A stretch of 64,000 nucleotides of DNA from Paragordius varius. Its lineage: Eukaryota; Animalia; Nematomorpha. The notes below the pieces were generated by a model. That model searched no databases. It worked only from the letters and a program-made list of their open reading frames with translations, and was not told where the DNA came from. The position numbers and the translations under genes were made by a program. The stretch is taken from assembly GCA_964247055.1 (NCBI GenBank), contig OZ176054.1, positions 4,526,001 to 4,590,000 of the forward strand. Direction: 5' to 3'. Each line of letters starts with the position of its first letter. Positions within the stretch are counted from its first letter, which is position 1. Below, piece after piece: positions 13,019 through 26,400 of this stretch.

Positions 13019-13395
13019 AATCAATCATCACAGATGGAGTAAAAAGAGGAATATCACTAATGGCATTTTACCTTGACAAAATATGGAATAATTCTTTTAC
13101 AACTAAACTAAAATATAGAACATACAATTTACCAACCAGGACATACAGCTGCGAGATACTGATCTTGAAAGAAAAATCAAGAAACTGTTACCTCATAAAA
13201 CATATGTAGCAATTATGTTTTATTTAGAATCGTGACAGACAACTCACTTAATAAAATCTTTGGCACCTATTTAAATATTTAGCTCATATACACGATTTTC
13301 TAGATTGTAGCAAATATGACTGGCACACCAGGTTAAGGAAGGTCACAAATTAAATTGGGTTGAAACAATCAAAAAATTAACTAAATCAAAAAATA
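13019..13395 (+). mobile_element. Highly decayed non-LTR retrotransposon fragment, RTE-like, region C-terminal to the RT core
   Basis: Translation with stops and frameshifts gives SIITDG...MAFYLDKIWNNSFTTKLKYRTY...TYSCEI and later GRSQI/WVETIKK. These resemble the RTE patterns AF..L..IW...TK...Y.CE and GRP...W.D.IK. Recognised by eye only. Confidence 0.4.
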
Positions 13396-13916
13396 ACTAT
13401 AACAATTATTATACAGCTAAAACAAAAGGTCTAAAACCTTAATTGGAGAAGTATGGAATTTCAAATAGCCACAAATCAAACTCGACTTATATCAAATTGA
13501 TACATACATAAACTGAAATCATAAGGAGCTTGTTTGCGAATTAAGGAAAAGCAAAAGAATGGTTTTTTATATATATGGTATTATTATGCTATTATAAAAT
13601 ATATAGCAAATGGTCGCCATATACGGATATTCAACCTACCGTTGACATAACTGTTTACTCAGTTATATATATATATATATATAAGTGACCAAAAATTAAG
13701 GGTAAAAACACCAAAAAATGGTAGAACAAGATAGTTGAACATAGGCAAACCGTATAGTGAAACATTACAGGGACACAAGTTAAATTTTTTAAACAGTGAT
13801 CTCTTAATAACCCCGAATCTTACTGAAAACCAGCAAATTATGATGCCATCACTAACCATAATATAATTCATTATAAACCATTTTAATATATAGCCAAATT
13901 TAATCTAAGTTAAAAA

Positions 13917-15057
13917 CTAAAAATAATTACTATCTTTGGATATTTTTTCGCTGTACGTTGATGCCACATATATAAATGAGTTGGGCGGAACCACTTTGAC
14001 ATAATCCTCGTAATTGGCACCCATTACGATAGGAATCAAACCGATTTCAAGAGCTTTAAAAGTTTTCTCAGTTATGTAGGATCTACAATTAGAATTTTCA
14101 AAGGCCAAATAAAATTTGTATTCCCTCAATAACTTTGTTTCACATTCTTTAATTGCTTGTCCATTGGGCAACATACATACTTCACCGTGTACATCCGAAC
14201 ACTTCCCATATATATCTAACGTTTTATCATCTAAAATCATTTTTATTTATAGTATTAATCTTACTTTCAGGCGAAAGTAATTGGATAAATGCTCTCAATT
14301 GTTTAACATAATCTAAAATAGATTTTTAAGGCCAAAAAATACTTAGACGCTTATTATGATCCAAGCAATTGCTTATAAGTGTAATAGCAAATTTGGTTTT
14401 GTGCAATGAAGATGTAACATTAACACTTTGCTCTGAAATTCGATAATATCCCCCATAGGGCACCGGTATATCAGATTCTGGTAAATATGTGGCAGTCCAA
14501 TTAAATACACCATTGTAAATACTTATATCACAAACGTCCATAAAATTATATGGACATGAATGGTATGGAGATTCCTAGCATTATACCATTGATATGTAAT
14601 GTTACTTGGAGGTAAAAAATCCAAATTTGACTAGAATTTACATGATGCTTTGGTAAGTCGTTGATCGAATTCAAATTTCTGAAATGTATTAGGACCGCAT
14701 TCGATTCGACAATATACTGTTTATTGTTTGTTAAATAACAGGAATTATATTGACAGTGGGAAAAAGATGAGGTACCTAAATCCTTATTCCAATTGGGAGA
14801 TTCAAAAAAAGGGGTCCATAATAATATAATTTTCTTGTGCAAGTTTATAATTTCGGTATATGATTTTGTTGTCGGGTATATATTGAATTTTAGGTAAACA
14901 TTGAGGTATAGAATGATGAATATGATAGAGCCACATAGAGTTAAAACTATTTTATTGACAAAAAAAACTATTGCACGGTTTACACCCTTAATGACTTGAG
15001 AGCCAAGGTGTTTATGTGGTTTTAAATATATAAAAAAATAACTTTTCCTTTCTGCAT
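13917..15057 (-). CDS. Alpha-1,3/4-fucosyltransferase (GT10 family), type II membrane protein; 3' end unresolved
   Basis: Hydrophobic anchor IVLTLCGSIIFIILYLNVYL, then IILLWTPFF, ESPYH, FNWTATYLPESDIPVPYG, LDIYGKC and the alpha-1,3-FucT motif YKFYLAFENSNCRSYITEK, then PIVMG...PPNSFI. GT-AG introns at 14575-14605 (31 nt), 14313-14342 (30 nt) and 14231-14264 (34 nt) restore the frame. The ATG at 15057 with a probable 56-nt first intron is tentative. Confidence 0.88.
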
Positions 15058-18000
15058 TAGGCAGAAAGGGGTTCGCAATTTTTTTAGTGAACGCATATAG
15101 TTAGATAACCTCGCTAAAATATAAAATGAGAAATGAATTATATAAAAATTTTCATTATATTAAATAAGAACTGTGTCCAGGCATTTTAAAATTCCAAAAC
15201 GCACAAATTTCACTTCTATTTACTTTTTGATTTTTTTTATTTTAAAATATTAATAGAATTCGGACTTTTTCCTCTGTAATAGTAAAACCCATCCCTGTTT
15301 CGGCAAAATTATAAACATGATACAGTATGAGGCAAATATCGTAACTTTATAGATATTTAATTAGTGCACAGAGAAAAAAATAGTGTATTTAAGCTTTGAT
15401 GTTTTAAATTTTTCTTGCTAAATTAATAATAAGTAGGAATAGAGAAATAAATTATCTTTCACATGCATTAATCTTTTCCTTTACACCTTAATAGCTTGTT
15501 AATTTAAATATATAAGTAAATGATCATTTGACAAATTGGTATTCTTAATATAAAATAATATACTAATAGCACTTCAAGAGTATCCGTTATTTACTGTTGG
15601 CCCTTGAAGGTTCAAGTTGGTCCTAATTTTTTAAAGTTTGTATATAACCATAATTTTTGCATGTGTTTATCTATTTTTCATTTTTTAAGCTTATTTTTAA
15701 TTTTAGCCTTATTACCATTTTTTAATAAAAAAAAAACGTTTCAAATTAATTCTCAAATCCAACAATTTTTGAACTCATTAATGATTTAAATTAAAAATAA
15801 CAACCAACCCACAATATATATATATATATATATATATATTAATAAAACCTTATTTATATAAAAATTAAAATACTTCTTGTAAATAATAAAGATATACGGT
15901 TTCTTAATGATAAAAAGTTGATATTATTAAAAGTTTAGCTTAACTAAAGAGAATGGGTTAAAAATGATAAAATAGATGACTGATAAACGGTTTGATTGAT
16001 ACAAATTAAAACATAATAGTAAAAAGTAAAAGGTCCAACTTTAAGTGTTCAAGTTCAGTTTTTTAAATAATGATAAATGTATTCTAACATCAAAACCAAA
16101 CTCCAACTGCGTGCCCAGACTATTTATTTCCAACAATTATCAAAATTCCGTAATAACCAAAAAACGCTCATATTTCAACTATATAAATAAAAATATCCAC
16201 AATTATATACCATACGAAGGATAAACCGTTTATAGAGAGTTGCCTCATTTAAAAGTTCAATTCAAAGATAGAGTTATTCCACATTTATAATGTGAAAAGC
16301 TAGTATTGAATTGGCCTAAAGATTTTTGTTACATATTCTGCATCAATCTCCTACCGGAACTTATCTATATGATTAATTTACAATTAGCCCATTAAAAGGA
16401 TATAAGGCAGCGAAAATCAATTTTATACCAAATGAATTAATAAAAATAATTCAGAAACCGTTTACCCCAGTTTTATAAAATATATTTTGGAAAATTTAAA
16501 CAAACAAGTGTGGCCCTCTACATAAAATACCTCGCTTATAATGCTACCGAAACAAAAGATAACCAATACATATAATAAAATTGTCTCAATCATGTTAATC
16601 CATTACCTTTTAGGGTTGTTTTATATCCTAGAGCTATTTAAAATTTGAATATTTTAAAAAGTATTTAAGCTATTAAGCCTGATATAAATATATGTTTTTT
16701 AGGCGCACTATACAAATAAATTTTATTTAAAAACTGTATAATAGTAAAAAAATCCTTCTCCCAAACTTTTTTGGTGCCATTTTTTTCCAGGCAAATAAAT
16801 ATATATTCTGATTAAAAAATGTAGAGGCTTTATTTTACCAGCAAGAACTTGATATATTTTTATTTCAATATCAGCTGTTCGGTTCAATCGTGTTTTGGAG
16901 CTATCCCAATTTTAGACTCTAAAAGTCACAAAACTGTAAAAAATATATGCCTTTTTATCTAATGCATAAGAACAATGTTTAATAATTAAATTTTAACTTA
17001 AATATTGAGACATGTGTTACAAAATTTATCTCTGGGATAAACTCCCCCAAAAGGTAAAATAGGACAAAACAGTAAAAAGGTAATCAAATGTTAAAAACAT
17101 ATCAAATATTTTTAACGAAAATTAAAAATCATATTTTATTATACATCTAAGTGGGTTCTATGATGAATGCAACCATAAGGATTTATAAAGTCAACCATAT
17201 TCCAAGCATTGAAATATTGACAAATCATCAACTCAATTGATAATATATGTTAAGAACGAGATTTACATGTTTAATTGTATGTGTGGATGCATATGGGTTG
17301 AATATTATGGTCAGTATTTGTTTTTTAAATACTGCTTATCAAAAGTAATAATTGGAGATATTTATTTCGTGTTTTACAAAGCCGAGATTATCTTGATTTA
17401 AATATTAGTTATCAGAAACTATTTTATACTGGAACATAGTTTGACATTTTCACTTTAAAAAATAAAAATATATAAAACAATTGTTTTTAACAGGTGGCCC
17501 TGCAGTTTTATTACGGCCAAAACTATAAAAAAACTAAATTAATACAGCATTTATAATTTTAGAAAATATCTTTTAATAAAATTATTATATCATTCACTGT
17601 AAAATAATATTTTTAATTATTATTTATTTGGATTTATTAATTTTTTTACATTATTTATAAATATAATTGTTTGGTATAACTATTTATACATATATATATA
17701 TATATATACACATTAGCCTTACATTGGTGCGCTAAAGTAAAAATTATGATTCATTTAAAAAATTTTATATGAAAACCGTAAAGATAAGTAGATTCAAATT
17801 TTTTATGGAGATAAACTTTTTGATTTTGAAAAATGTAGGCAAAATATATCTTCGGAATATACAAAAATTAAAGTAGATATGTGTGGTGGTATTTTTTTAC
17901 AATCACCCGATGATTGAAATATAAAAAAATATTTATTGATTTTCATTACTTATATTTCTATGCAAAAACCGCCAATTTTTTATGTTGAAAATGGGGCCCG

Positions 18001-18248
18001 TAAAGCAATTCGTGTTGGGCAGTCCTGATTTAGAAAAATACCACTTTAGGAAAAAAACAGAAATACAGCAAGAAAACCACCATTTTACATTTAAACAAAA
18101 AATATAAAAATTGATGTATAATAATGAATTCGTTAATCAATTAAAACTAAATTTAAGCAAGGCTTTATTGGCCAATTATAAGAATCTTATAAAGACCAAC
18201 AAATAGCTTAATGCAAAAAGAGTTAACCGTAAAAGCTAAGTAAAAATA

Positions 18249-18352
18249 CAGTATGAGTGAGTATACATTGCTATTTTTTCATTAATTATTGCCAAATAGC
18301 ATATGCAGCAAAGAGAATTATTATTGGCTAATAATGGAAAAAAAATATACTG
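18249..18352. mobile_element. Small Tc1/mariner-type MITE
   Basis: TA|CAGTAT...ATACTG|TA ends with imperfect internal inverted similarity. The terminus matches the CAGTAT end of the 37490 and 54604 elements. Confidence 0.4.
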
Positions 18353-19271
18353 TAAAAGCGCATATTATTTTTGGCTCAGTAACAAAAATACTTTTTTAAA
18401 CTAATGCTTTAATAATGTAATTGTTAGTTATCTGTTTGAATGTGGAAATTTGGTATTTTCTTAATCATAACTTATAAAAAACACGTATAAAAAAATTGCG
18501 TTTGATTAAATAATTACAAAATATTTTGAAAAGTTAACTGATTAAAAAAATGCATTAATATTATATTGACCGCTGATGTCAGTTTAAAAATAATGATATA
18601 TAATTAAAAATATTATTTAAATTGAAGACTGGAAAAAAAGACTTTTCTATAAGCTTTAAAAAAAATGAATAGAGCATGCTAGCATATCATCTAACCGTAG
18701 AACTGAAAATAACCGCGTAAAAACATTAAAAATATTGATTTAAATATATGAAATATAAATGTTAAAGATTGACGTATGGCCTATAGATTATAGAGTATAA
18801 AATAAAATATCTAATAAATAATGGTCCGATAAATTTCAATTATTATATATTTACACATAGAAATTAATTATTTTGGGTAGGTCTTTTCCTTAACTAACAT
18901 TTATATTTGAACTGCAAAAAATCCTTGTTAATGCGTTGTTGCAAATATTGTACTATTGATGCTTATTTGCTAAATGTGGAAAATTTATATAACATGGGGA
19001 ACATCCTTTTCACATATATTTTTAAAATAAAAACAAAAATAAAACCTTTTATTCAAATAAATTAATTTAATTTTTATGGTTTAATTCCAAAATAAAAATA
19101 ATTTTACACATTTAATTCTTTAGTTAAAATATTAATTGAGAGTAAGAAAATACCCGTTTTTTGACTATTATCTGAAGACGATCTTGACCGAATTTCAAGT
19201 GGACCAAAATTTAAATTTTTACACATGTTTAAGACATATGTTTCATGTATGTAGCTTTTAATCATCTTTAA

Positions 19272-19997
19272 CACTGCAATTTAAGTTGGGGTATCTAATT
19301 ACCCAGATATTTTAAAATATACTTGAACAAACGGACATAAATTTTTCCTGCAATCTTAATATATAAAAATAAGCCAAAATATCTAAATAAATATAGGTTT
19401 TAAAAAAACATATTAACACTTGGATACAACACATTCATTTTAGTCCTTCGATTTAAATTGGGGTAGTTAAATACCCCAGGCCTGTTTAAAATTAAATTCT
19501 TTAAAAAATATGGAAGAAATCCAAACCATGGCAAAATCGTACACTTTTATAACATTAATAAACCGAAATATATAAAAAAAATTATTCAAAAATACTTGAT
19601 ATTACTTATCTTAAGCTAAAACCGAGAGGTAAAAATTTCGTCAACGTGACATGCGTACAATAGTAAAATTGAAAAATATTAAAAAATAAACAGCTTTTTC
19701 TATTTCTATTAATGTAGATGTAATTTATATTAAAATTTAGCATTAGTTTTACCCTTAAAATTAAATGAAAACGATATTTTGTAAAAATTTTGTAAAATAA
19801 AAATGGCGTCGAAGTAGTTTGAGATGAAACTTTTTTTTCAAAACAAAATTTCATCAAGATATTTGGGCATATTTGTATAATCTTTATCAGGATAGAAGCA
19901 TAAATTTAAATTGAGACCGTTTCCTTCAGTAGTTTTTTAAAAATCCTAAGTCAAATTTAGTCTGGGGTATTTAGATACCCCAATTTTAATCGAAGTG
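19272..19997. mobile_element. TTAA-flanked MITE (piggyBac-like) with ~40-bp TIR and a duplicated left end
   Basis: TTAA|CACTGCAATTTAAGTTGGGGTATCTAATTACCCAGA at 19272 matches the reverse complement of the right end ...TCTGGGGTATTTAGATACCCCAATTTTAATCGAAGTG|TTAA (19997). A second left-end copy starts at ~19417. Confidence 0.7.
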
Positions 19998-20568
19998 TTA
20001 AACTAGTTCGATGCCATTTTTATGTTAAAATATTTTAGCAAAATGTTTTAATTATGATGAGAAAAAACAAACGTAGTTTTTATTTAAATACATCTAACAT
20101 TAATATAAACAGAAAAAGGGGTTTATTTTGCATATTTCTAAATTTAGCTAATGCACAAACATCATAATGAGATTTTTTGAGGGATATCCATAATATCAAG
20201 TTTTTAAAAATGAGTGTTTTTATATTTCGGTTCATCAATGTCATATACACTGCGTCTGAAATCGCAGGTAAAAAATAAATGAAATATATATATATATATT
20301 CTGATAGGAAAATGATGGTGCTTTTGGTTTCGGCCTTTACGAGTCAGTTAAGAAAGTTATTTATTCGGTATTAAGTCCTGCATATCACAAAATGGCAAAA
20401 TTTACCCAAATTTTTTTAAATAAAATATTTAGGAGTTAGAGATTTCATTCCGAAAAATATAACCAAAATATATTATAAACCATTTATAAAAAGAGAACAA
20501 TATTTTTATATTTTAATATTTTGTGGCTACCGAAAGTCGCAATTTTTTCCTCTTCTAAAATGAGTTAA

Positions 20569-21125
20569 CCCTCTTATAATAAACGCAAAAATGCCGATTA
20601 TGCGATAAAACTTTTAAAATATAATTTTGATATAAACTAAAAATATTATTAAAAAACCATACTTTTTTAAAATAATTTACCAAAATTTTGTCGAAGCATT
20701 ACTATTTTGAGTAATGATGAACTTAGAAACGCTTTGAGATATCATAAAAGCACTTTTTTCTATATATATCGATGATGCTCTTTTCTGTCACCTGAATTTC
20801 GATTAAAATATTCGTTCATACTAATTTATGTTCGAATATCAATATTGTATTAAAATATAATTCAAAGATCTTTGAGCAGATTTATGTTAAAGATCTAAAC
20901 CGGTAGGAATGTTCAGATCATCGAATTATTAAGAAAATTTTTAATATCTTAAAGCGTTTTTATACCGTTTACATCAATGTCACTAAATAGCACGAAGTAC
21001 GCTTCATTTTTGTGATAAAAATTAAATTATTGAAAAAAGTATGTAAAAACATTTTAAGTTAATATCAAGTTTATATATTTAAAATTTTATCGCGCAATGC
21101 ATTTTTGCGTTTAATTTATAAAAAC
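20569..21125. mobile_element. Foldback/MITE with >100-bp imperfect inverted arms
   Basis: 20575-20680 is the reverse complement of ~21020-21122 (TAAACGCAAAAATGC...GCGATAAAA...CATACTTTTT). The left end TTAA|CCCT is piggyBac-like. The right terminus is not recognisable. Confidence 0.55.
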
Positions 21126-21747
21126 AAGCCCATTTTGGCAAAAAATGGAGCTTTAAGGGAATGATAAAAACCTCTAGCTTTCACCAAAGAAAATATTTTG
21201 AAAATGTGGGCACATTTTACATTTTTTGATGAAGGCTTACCACAAATTTAAATAACTTTCTTAAATCACTTGTAAGCGCCAAAACCAAAAGTATTATAAT
21301 AATCCTGACATATTTTCCTATTAGAATATATATTTTTCCGGTTATTTTTTGTATATACTGTGATTTCAGCAAAATTTTGGTGTAAGAGAATTTTAACGAA
21401 TTTTGAAGCATAGTAGAATCAGTAAAAAACATTAATTAATTTTTCATATTTCATGATGCTATTACTTTTCCTTCTCAGAATATTGATAAAAAACCTGTTT
21501 GTCGACAAATTTAAATTATATATAAGTTGTGTCTTTTTCATAAGTTGATATAAACTCTGAAGTATCATATAAATTATTAAATAAACTGAGTTGATAGAAA
21601 TGTTCAGCATATATAAAAAAAGGTATTAATACCTATGTGTTATACGGTTTTCACCATGCCTCAAAATGTCTTATCTAGCCCCACCCACTTTTTCCCTTTA
21701 ATTTTGCTGTGGATAGATAGAAAATTTTCAGATTTGTAATTCTAGAG

Positions 21748-22616
21748 CAGGGTGTACAACGGGTCAAAAAGTTTATTTTTGTGTGGCGATGTAAATTTTT
21801 GAATTTTTTAAAAATAATTAAGACTTGCATAAATTTTTTTATTTGTTTAATATCCTAATATTTGGTTTTATTTACTTTAAATGTAAGTGGTAAAAAAAAT
21901 AATTTGACAACCTCACTTCATTTGTTAAATCCTCTCTATAATTACTTATTGATAATTTTTTTTAACATTTATTTAAAAATAATATCCCCAATTTTATATC
22001 AATATTCTTCAATAGATTTATAATGTTTTTGCTTCAATCAGATTACATAATATAACTATATTTCTAACCACATGTGTTATCCTAAAAGGAATATGTTCAA
22101 ATCTAGGTGAAACAAACAGTGCATTGGTAATATTGATCTTAATTAAGACTTCGGTTAATATTTTAATGATTCCTCGGTATCCCATACATATAATTCTAAT
22201 ATATTCTTTAATTTATTTTAAAACTTGCATGCTAAACACAGTTCAGCAGGAATTTTGGTGGGGTAAGTTCAATGTGTTTTCTGTGAAGAAATGCATCAAT
22301 TTATCGAATAGAATTCATAGTGATATATTTTATATTTTTGCTTTCCTCAATGGCAGATATATTTAAAAAATTTAAGTTTAACTTGTCCAAGCACCAAATC
22401 TTTTGTTATTACACATATTCGTACAATTTAACAGCTAATTTAGCAATATTATAATATTTTTAGTTTTATTTTGTTATTTATATGAATATCAACACTTTTT
22501 TTATGTTTATAAAATAAATTTATTTGAAATTTATGTCAATATATATTAATTGTGACTCTTCAGATTTTCGAGGTTGAAAATGTGGCTCCTTAAGGCATTT
22601 GTGTTGGACACCCCTG
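21748..22616. mobile_element. hAT (Buster-type) MITE, 869 bp
   Basis: TIRs CAGGGTGTACAAC and GTTGGACACCCCTG. 8-bp TSD TTCTAGAG / TTCTAAAG (7/8 identical) with TA at positions 4-5. Confidence 0.8.
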
Positions 22617-22729
22617 TTCTAAAGTCTAAAACCTAAATATTATCTATATACAATCAAATATCTTATTAATAAACCCAATATATGCTGTTAAAATATAACT
22701 TAAATCATAATATTTAATCCTTGTATTAA

Positions 22730-23209
22730 CACTTGGAAACTCTTTATTCAAATTGGGGAGTAGATACCCCAGGCCTGTTTAACATTATATACTTTACAAA
22801 ATATCCGTAATTGAAATCTTGGCAAAAGTTTGTATTTATATAAGATGATCCAAAGTATTAAAAAAATTTATTAAAAAATACTATATCTCTTACTTCAAAA
22901 TAAAACTCAAAACTGATAATTTAATCAAGATTTTTTTGTTTCTATCAATGTTAGATATGATTAAATAAAAAACTATTGATTTTAGCTTTAAAATTACATA
23001 GACTTGATATTTTGAAAAAACATTGCAAAGCAAAAATGACGTCGAATCAGTTTGATATGGAACTTTTTTTTCAAAACTAAATTTTATTCGGTTATTTATA
23101 TGATTTTTGTTATAGAAGCATAAATTTAAATTGGGACCGTTTTTTTCATTAGTTAAAATATCAAAATGAATATGGTTTGGGGTATTTAAGTACCTCAATT
23201 TAAATCAAA
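22730..23209. mobile_element. Second, diverged copy of the TTAA-flanked MITE family seen at 19272-19997
   Basis: Left end TTAA|CACTTGG and the motif TGGGGAGTAGATACCCCAGGCCTGTTT. Internal colinearity with 19417-19997, for example ATAGAAGCATAAATTTAAATTG.GACCGTTT. Degenerate right TIR. Confidence 0.7.
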
Positions 23210-23477
23210 TTAAGATTATTGAAACAAACAAAACCTAAAATCCCTTCGAAATGAATATGTTCGATAAATTACTAGGGTCATAAATTTATAAAAAAGAAAA
23301 AAATGATACATTAAAACCAGGTATTATTAGGGTAATTACTAAATTTTTAAATGTTATATATTTTTCAATCTAAATGACGCTTTAGAAATATCAGCAGAGG
23401 GAACATTTCAATGTTCTGTCACATGCCTTCTCACATTCTGCATGATTAAGGATGGCCAGCATACGTACCCTAGAGAT

Positions 23478-26400
23478 ATGAAATATCGTGTTAGATTTCG
23501 TACATCATTTATAGTCATAGCGACATCCCTCTTTTGGATACTGATTGATGTATTTTTGATCACATTTTTTACCGAAAAAAACAAATATTGCATTTATTTC
23601 AAAAAACATCCACATAAATTTAAGTTAACAACCAATAATTCCAATTTCAGAAATGATATATCTTTTAGACAAGATATAAATATATCTTATAAATCAAGTC
23701 AACGTACAGTGGATATTCATAGGATTACTCCACAACGAGGCGTTTTAAGTAAAAAAATATTTATTTCTTAGAGATATTGGGTCCTGGTGCTATGGGTTTA
23801 GCGGTTAAAATTCCGGAACAATTGCGTAGTTTGGAAGCTGAAAAATTTTCTTTAAATCAATTTAATTTAATTGCCAGCGAAATGATACCCTTAAATAGGA
23901 CCTTAAAAGATTATCGTATACCAAGGTAATTAAATTTTTATTTTTTTATATGATATATATATATATATATATAATAGAATGTTAATTATTTTTAATTAAT
24001 ATTATATTACTTTTTTTCTAAAATTATTAAAAAAAGTATTTTCCATTTTCCGATCTCTGTTTTACTTTATATATCCTTTTTTTCTTGTTTGCATAAATAT
24101 CTATATATGTATAAAGAAAATGATGCGCACAATTTATAGCAATATTTTAGCAATGAGGAAGTAAAGGTGTTTGAGTAACCTTTTAACCTTAATTTCACAA
24201 ATTTATTTACAACAAACAATATTGTTCACGCTTTTTAAATATGCCTGCTTCTGTATATTTTGAAAAATTAAAACTTAACTCAGTTTATTAATTGAAAACT
24301 TATTTATATATATAATTCATGTAATAATAATTTCGATTTCTCTTAAAATTTATTTAAAACTAAATTATATCAAAAATTTATATACATGGTAGCATCCTTT
24401 TCAATGAATAATAAAAAAATTCGTTTATTAAATGATTTTTTAAGATATTTCGATAATAACTCATATCTTGTGCTATGGCTTTTTTGGTCCAATGATAAAT
24501 ATAACCATTTATCCACGATAGTCTCTCCCGCTTAATTGGATTTAATCAAATATTAGCCATTTTTAGTTAAGTCCGAAAAATTCTTAATTTCTTTAATTTT
24601 AAAATGGTTATGCGACTTTCTTTTATAATTGTCCCATAAATTAATACTTGATTGATAAATATTTTTATTATCAACAAATTTTTTTGTTAGAGAAACTAAA
24701 ACTTCGACAAATCTTATGGTGTTTTTTCTGAATTGATGTTTTTTAATTTAATTGGATATAAGTAAAATTGGGATTTATTTTAGTCTTGGGTCCAACATTT
24801 TTGAATTAAATATATATAGGGGATTCTAATTAATTTATGGGTTTTAAAATATGCTATTTCTCGTAAAAGTGTTAAAAAATTATATTATATATTTGTTCTA
24901 TTGTTTTATAAAAATCTAATTATTTCATAATAAAAACTTTATATACTGCATATGTTGTATAAAGTTTATAAACCAAAAAGCAATGAATAAATTGATAATT
25001 CATTTTGTATTATTTGAAATTAAATTATTAAGCAATATTTTAGCCATCTCAAATAACCAAAATATAAATAAAATAAAACGGATTGTCAAGGCTTCATAGT
25101 AGGATGAATGGCATCACATACATATTCCCTACCCCTAGATAAAGGAAATTAGTTTATCCAAGACCAATACGTGGTAAAACAATAAAAGCACCCCAGCAAT
25201 GTCTATTTTTTCATATATGTTTTAAGAGGGGTCCTTTCATTAAGGCGTAGCTGATCCCTAACACTAACAGCAGCATATCCGTCTCCGATGTAGCTTACAA
25301 GTAACTAGCTGACAATGTGTTTTCTTCGAAAAAGTATCCCCATTAATAAAGCGTAATGATATGTTAACAAAAACCTGGGCTTTGCAGGTGTGCGCTATGG
25401 AGCTTGGTCATTCCGACAAGCCATATAAAATTTTAAGGATATTAATTAAAATATCTTTAGTTTCAATCTTTGGCCAACCTTCGTCGAGCGCCACAAACAA
25501 TGCGGACCATCAAGATGAGTCTTGCGGGGTTCATTTGAGTAAAGGCGGCGCATTTCATCACCCGCTTTATCTACCATGATCCCCAGGTAGCGAAAGCAAT
25601 CCACGACTTCTAAATTTTTTGCCCATTATCATAACCTATGATTTGTCATAAAAAACAATCAAACCAACAGCCGCGTTCATATTCCAGATTGAGTGCTTGC
25701 CTTAAGTTTTTTTTCTCCGCCACAATATAAAGGTCATCTGCATAGCCGAATACATTGAAGAAGACGTTGGAAAAGGCCGTGTATAACTTTTTAACTATCG
25801 AATCTATCGCCATGTGGAAAAGCTTGGAGGAAATTTTCGTAAACTATATAGTTCATCATATTATATACACCAGTAGTGGGGTGATGATTCAAACGCTCGT
25901 AATGCATTTTGGAAGGACTGAAGCAGTTCTATCGTCTTCTAAACTTTTGGCAATTGATTCGATAGTTGAGAAGCTATATACGGCCATCTCTAACATCTTA
26001 ACTTTTTTTGTTATGCAAATGACCATTGTATTGTGACGGACTCGGAAGATAACTTGAGACAAGCGTTTGATCGATGTTAACTTGTAATTGTTGGTCTCAA
26101 TGATAATGGGCCAGGCTGATACAAGAAAATTCAATATTGCTGGAGGAGAGTTAGAAGTCATGATTTCTTTCGCTACCTGGGGCCAATATATAAAGGCGAG
26201 TGCTCAATTGAGTCTCTTTACTCGAAAAAAACTCTGCAAAGCTCGTTTTCTTAATTTTGCATTGTTTGTGCCACACTGACATTGGTCAGAGGTTGGCACT
26301 ACCAATTAAAAGTTTGTCCCAAGGAATGGCTTGTCGGGATGTTCATCCTTCAGCGCACACCCTCATTCATTATCAACTGGATACTTGCAAGCCACAACTG

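Noticed and set aside
17150-17270. Minus-strand peptide YFNAWNMVDF resembling the S2-S3 region of TRP or voltage-gated channels
   Set aside because: Only ~37 codons open, no convincing splice sites and no neighbouring channel exons found.
19606-23198. Two similar minus-strand ORFs (19606-19857 and 22890-23198) suggesting a small gene family
   Set aside because: Both lie inside copies of the same MITE. Similarity follows from shared DNA, most changes alter the amino acid, and I recognise no protein motif.
15057-23478. Head-to-head glycosyltransferases (FUT and GALNT) as a co-regulated glycosylation cluster
   Set aside because: They are 8.4 kb apart, separated by several MITEs, and no shared regulatory signal is visible. 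Adjacency alone is not evidence.
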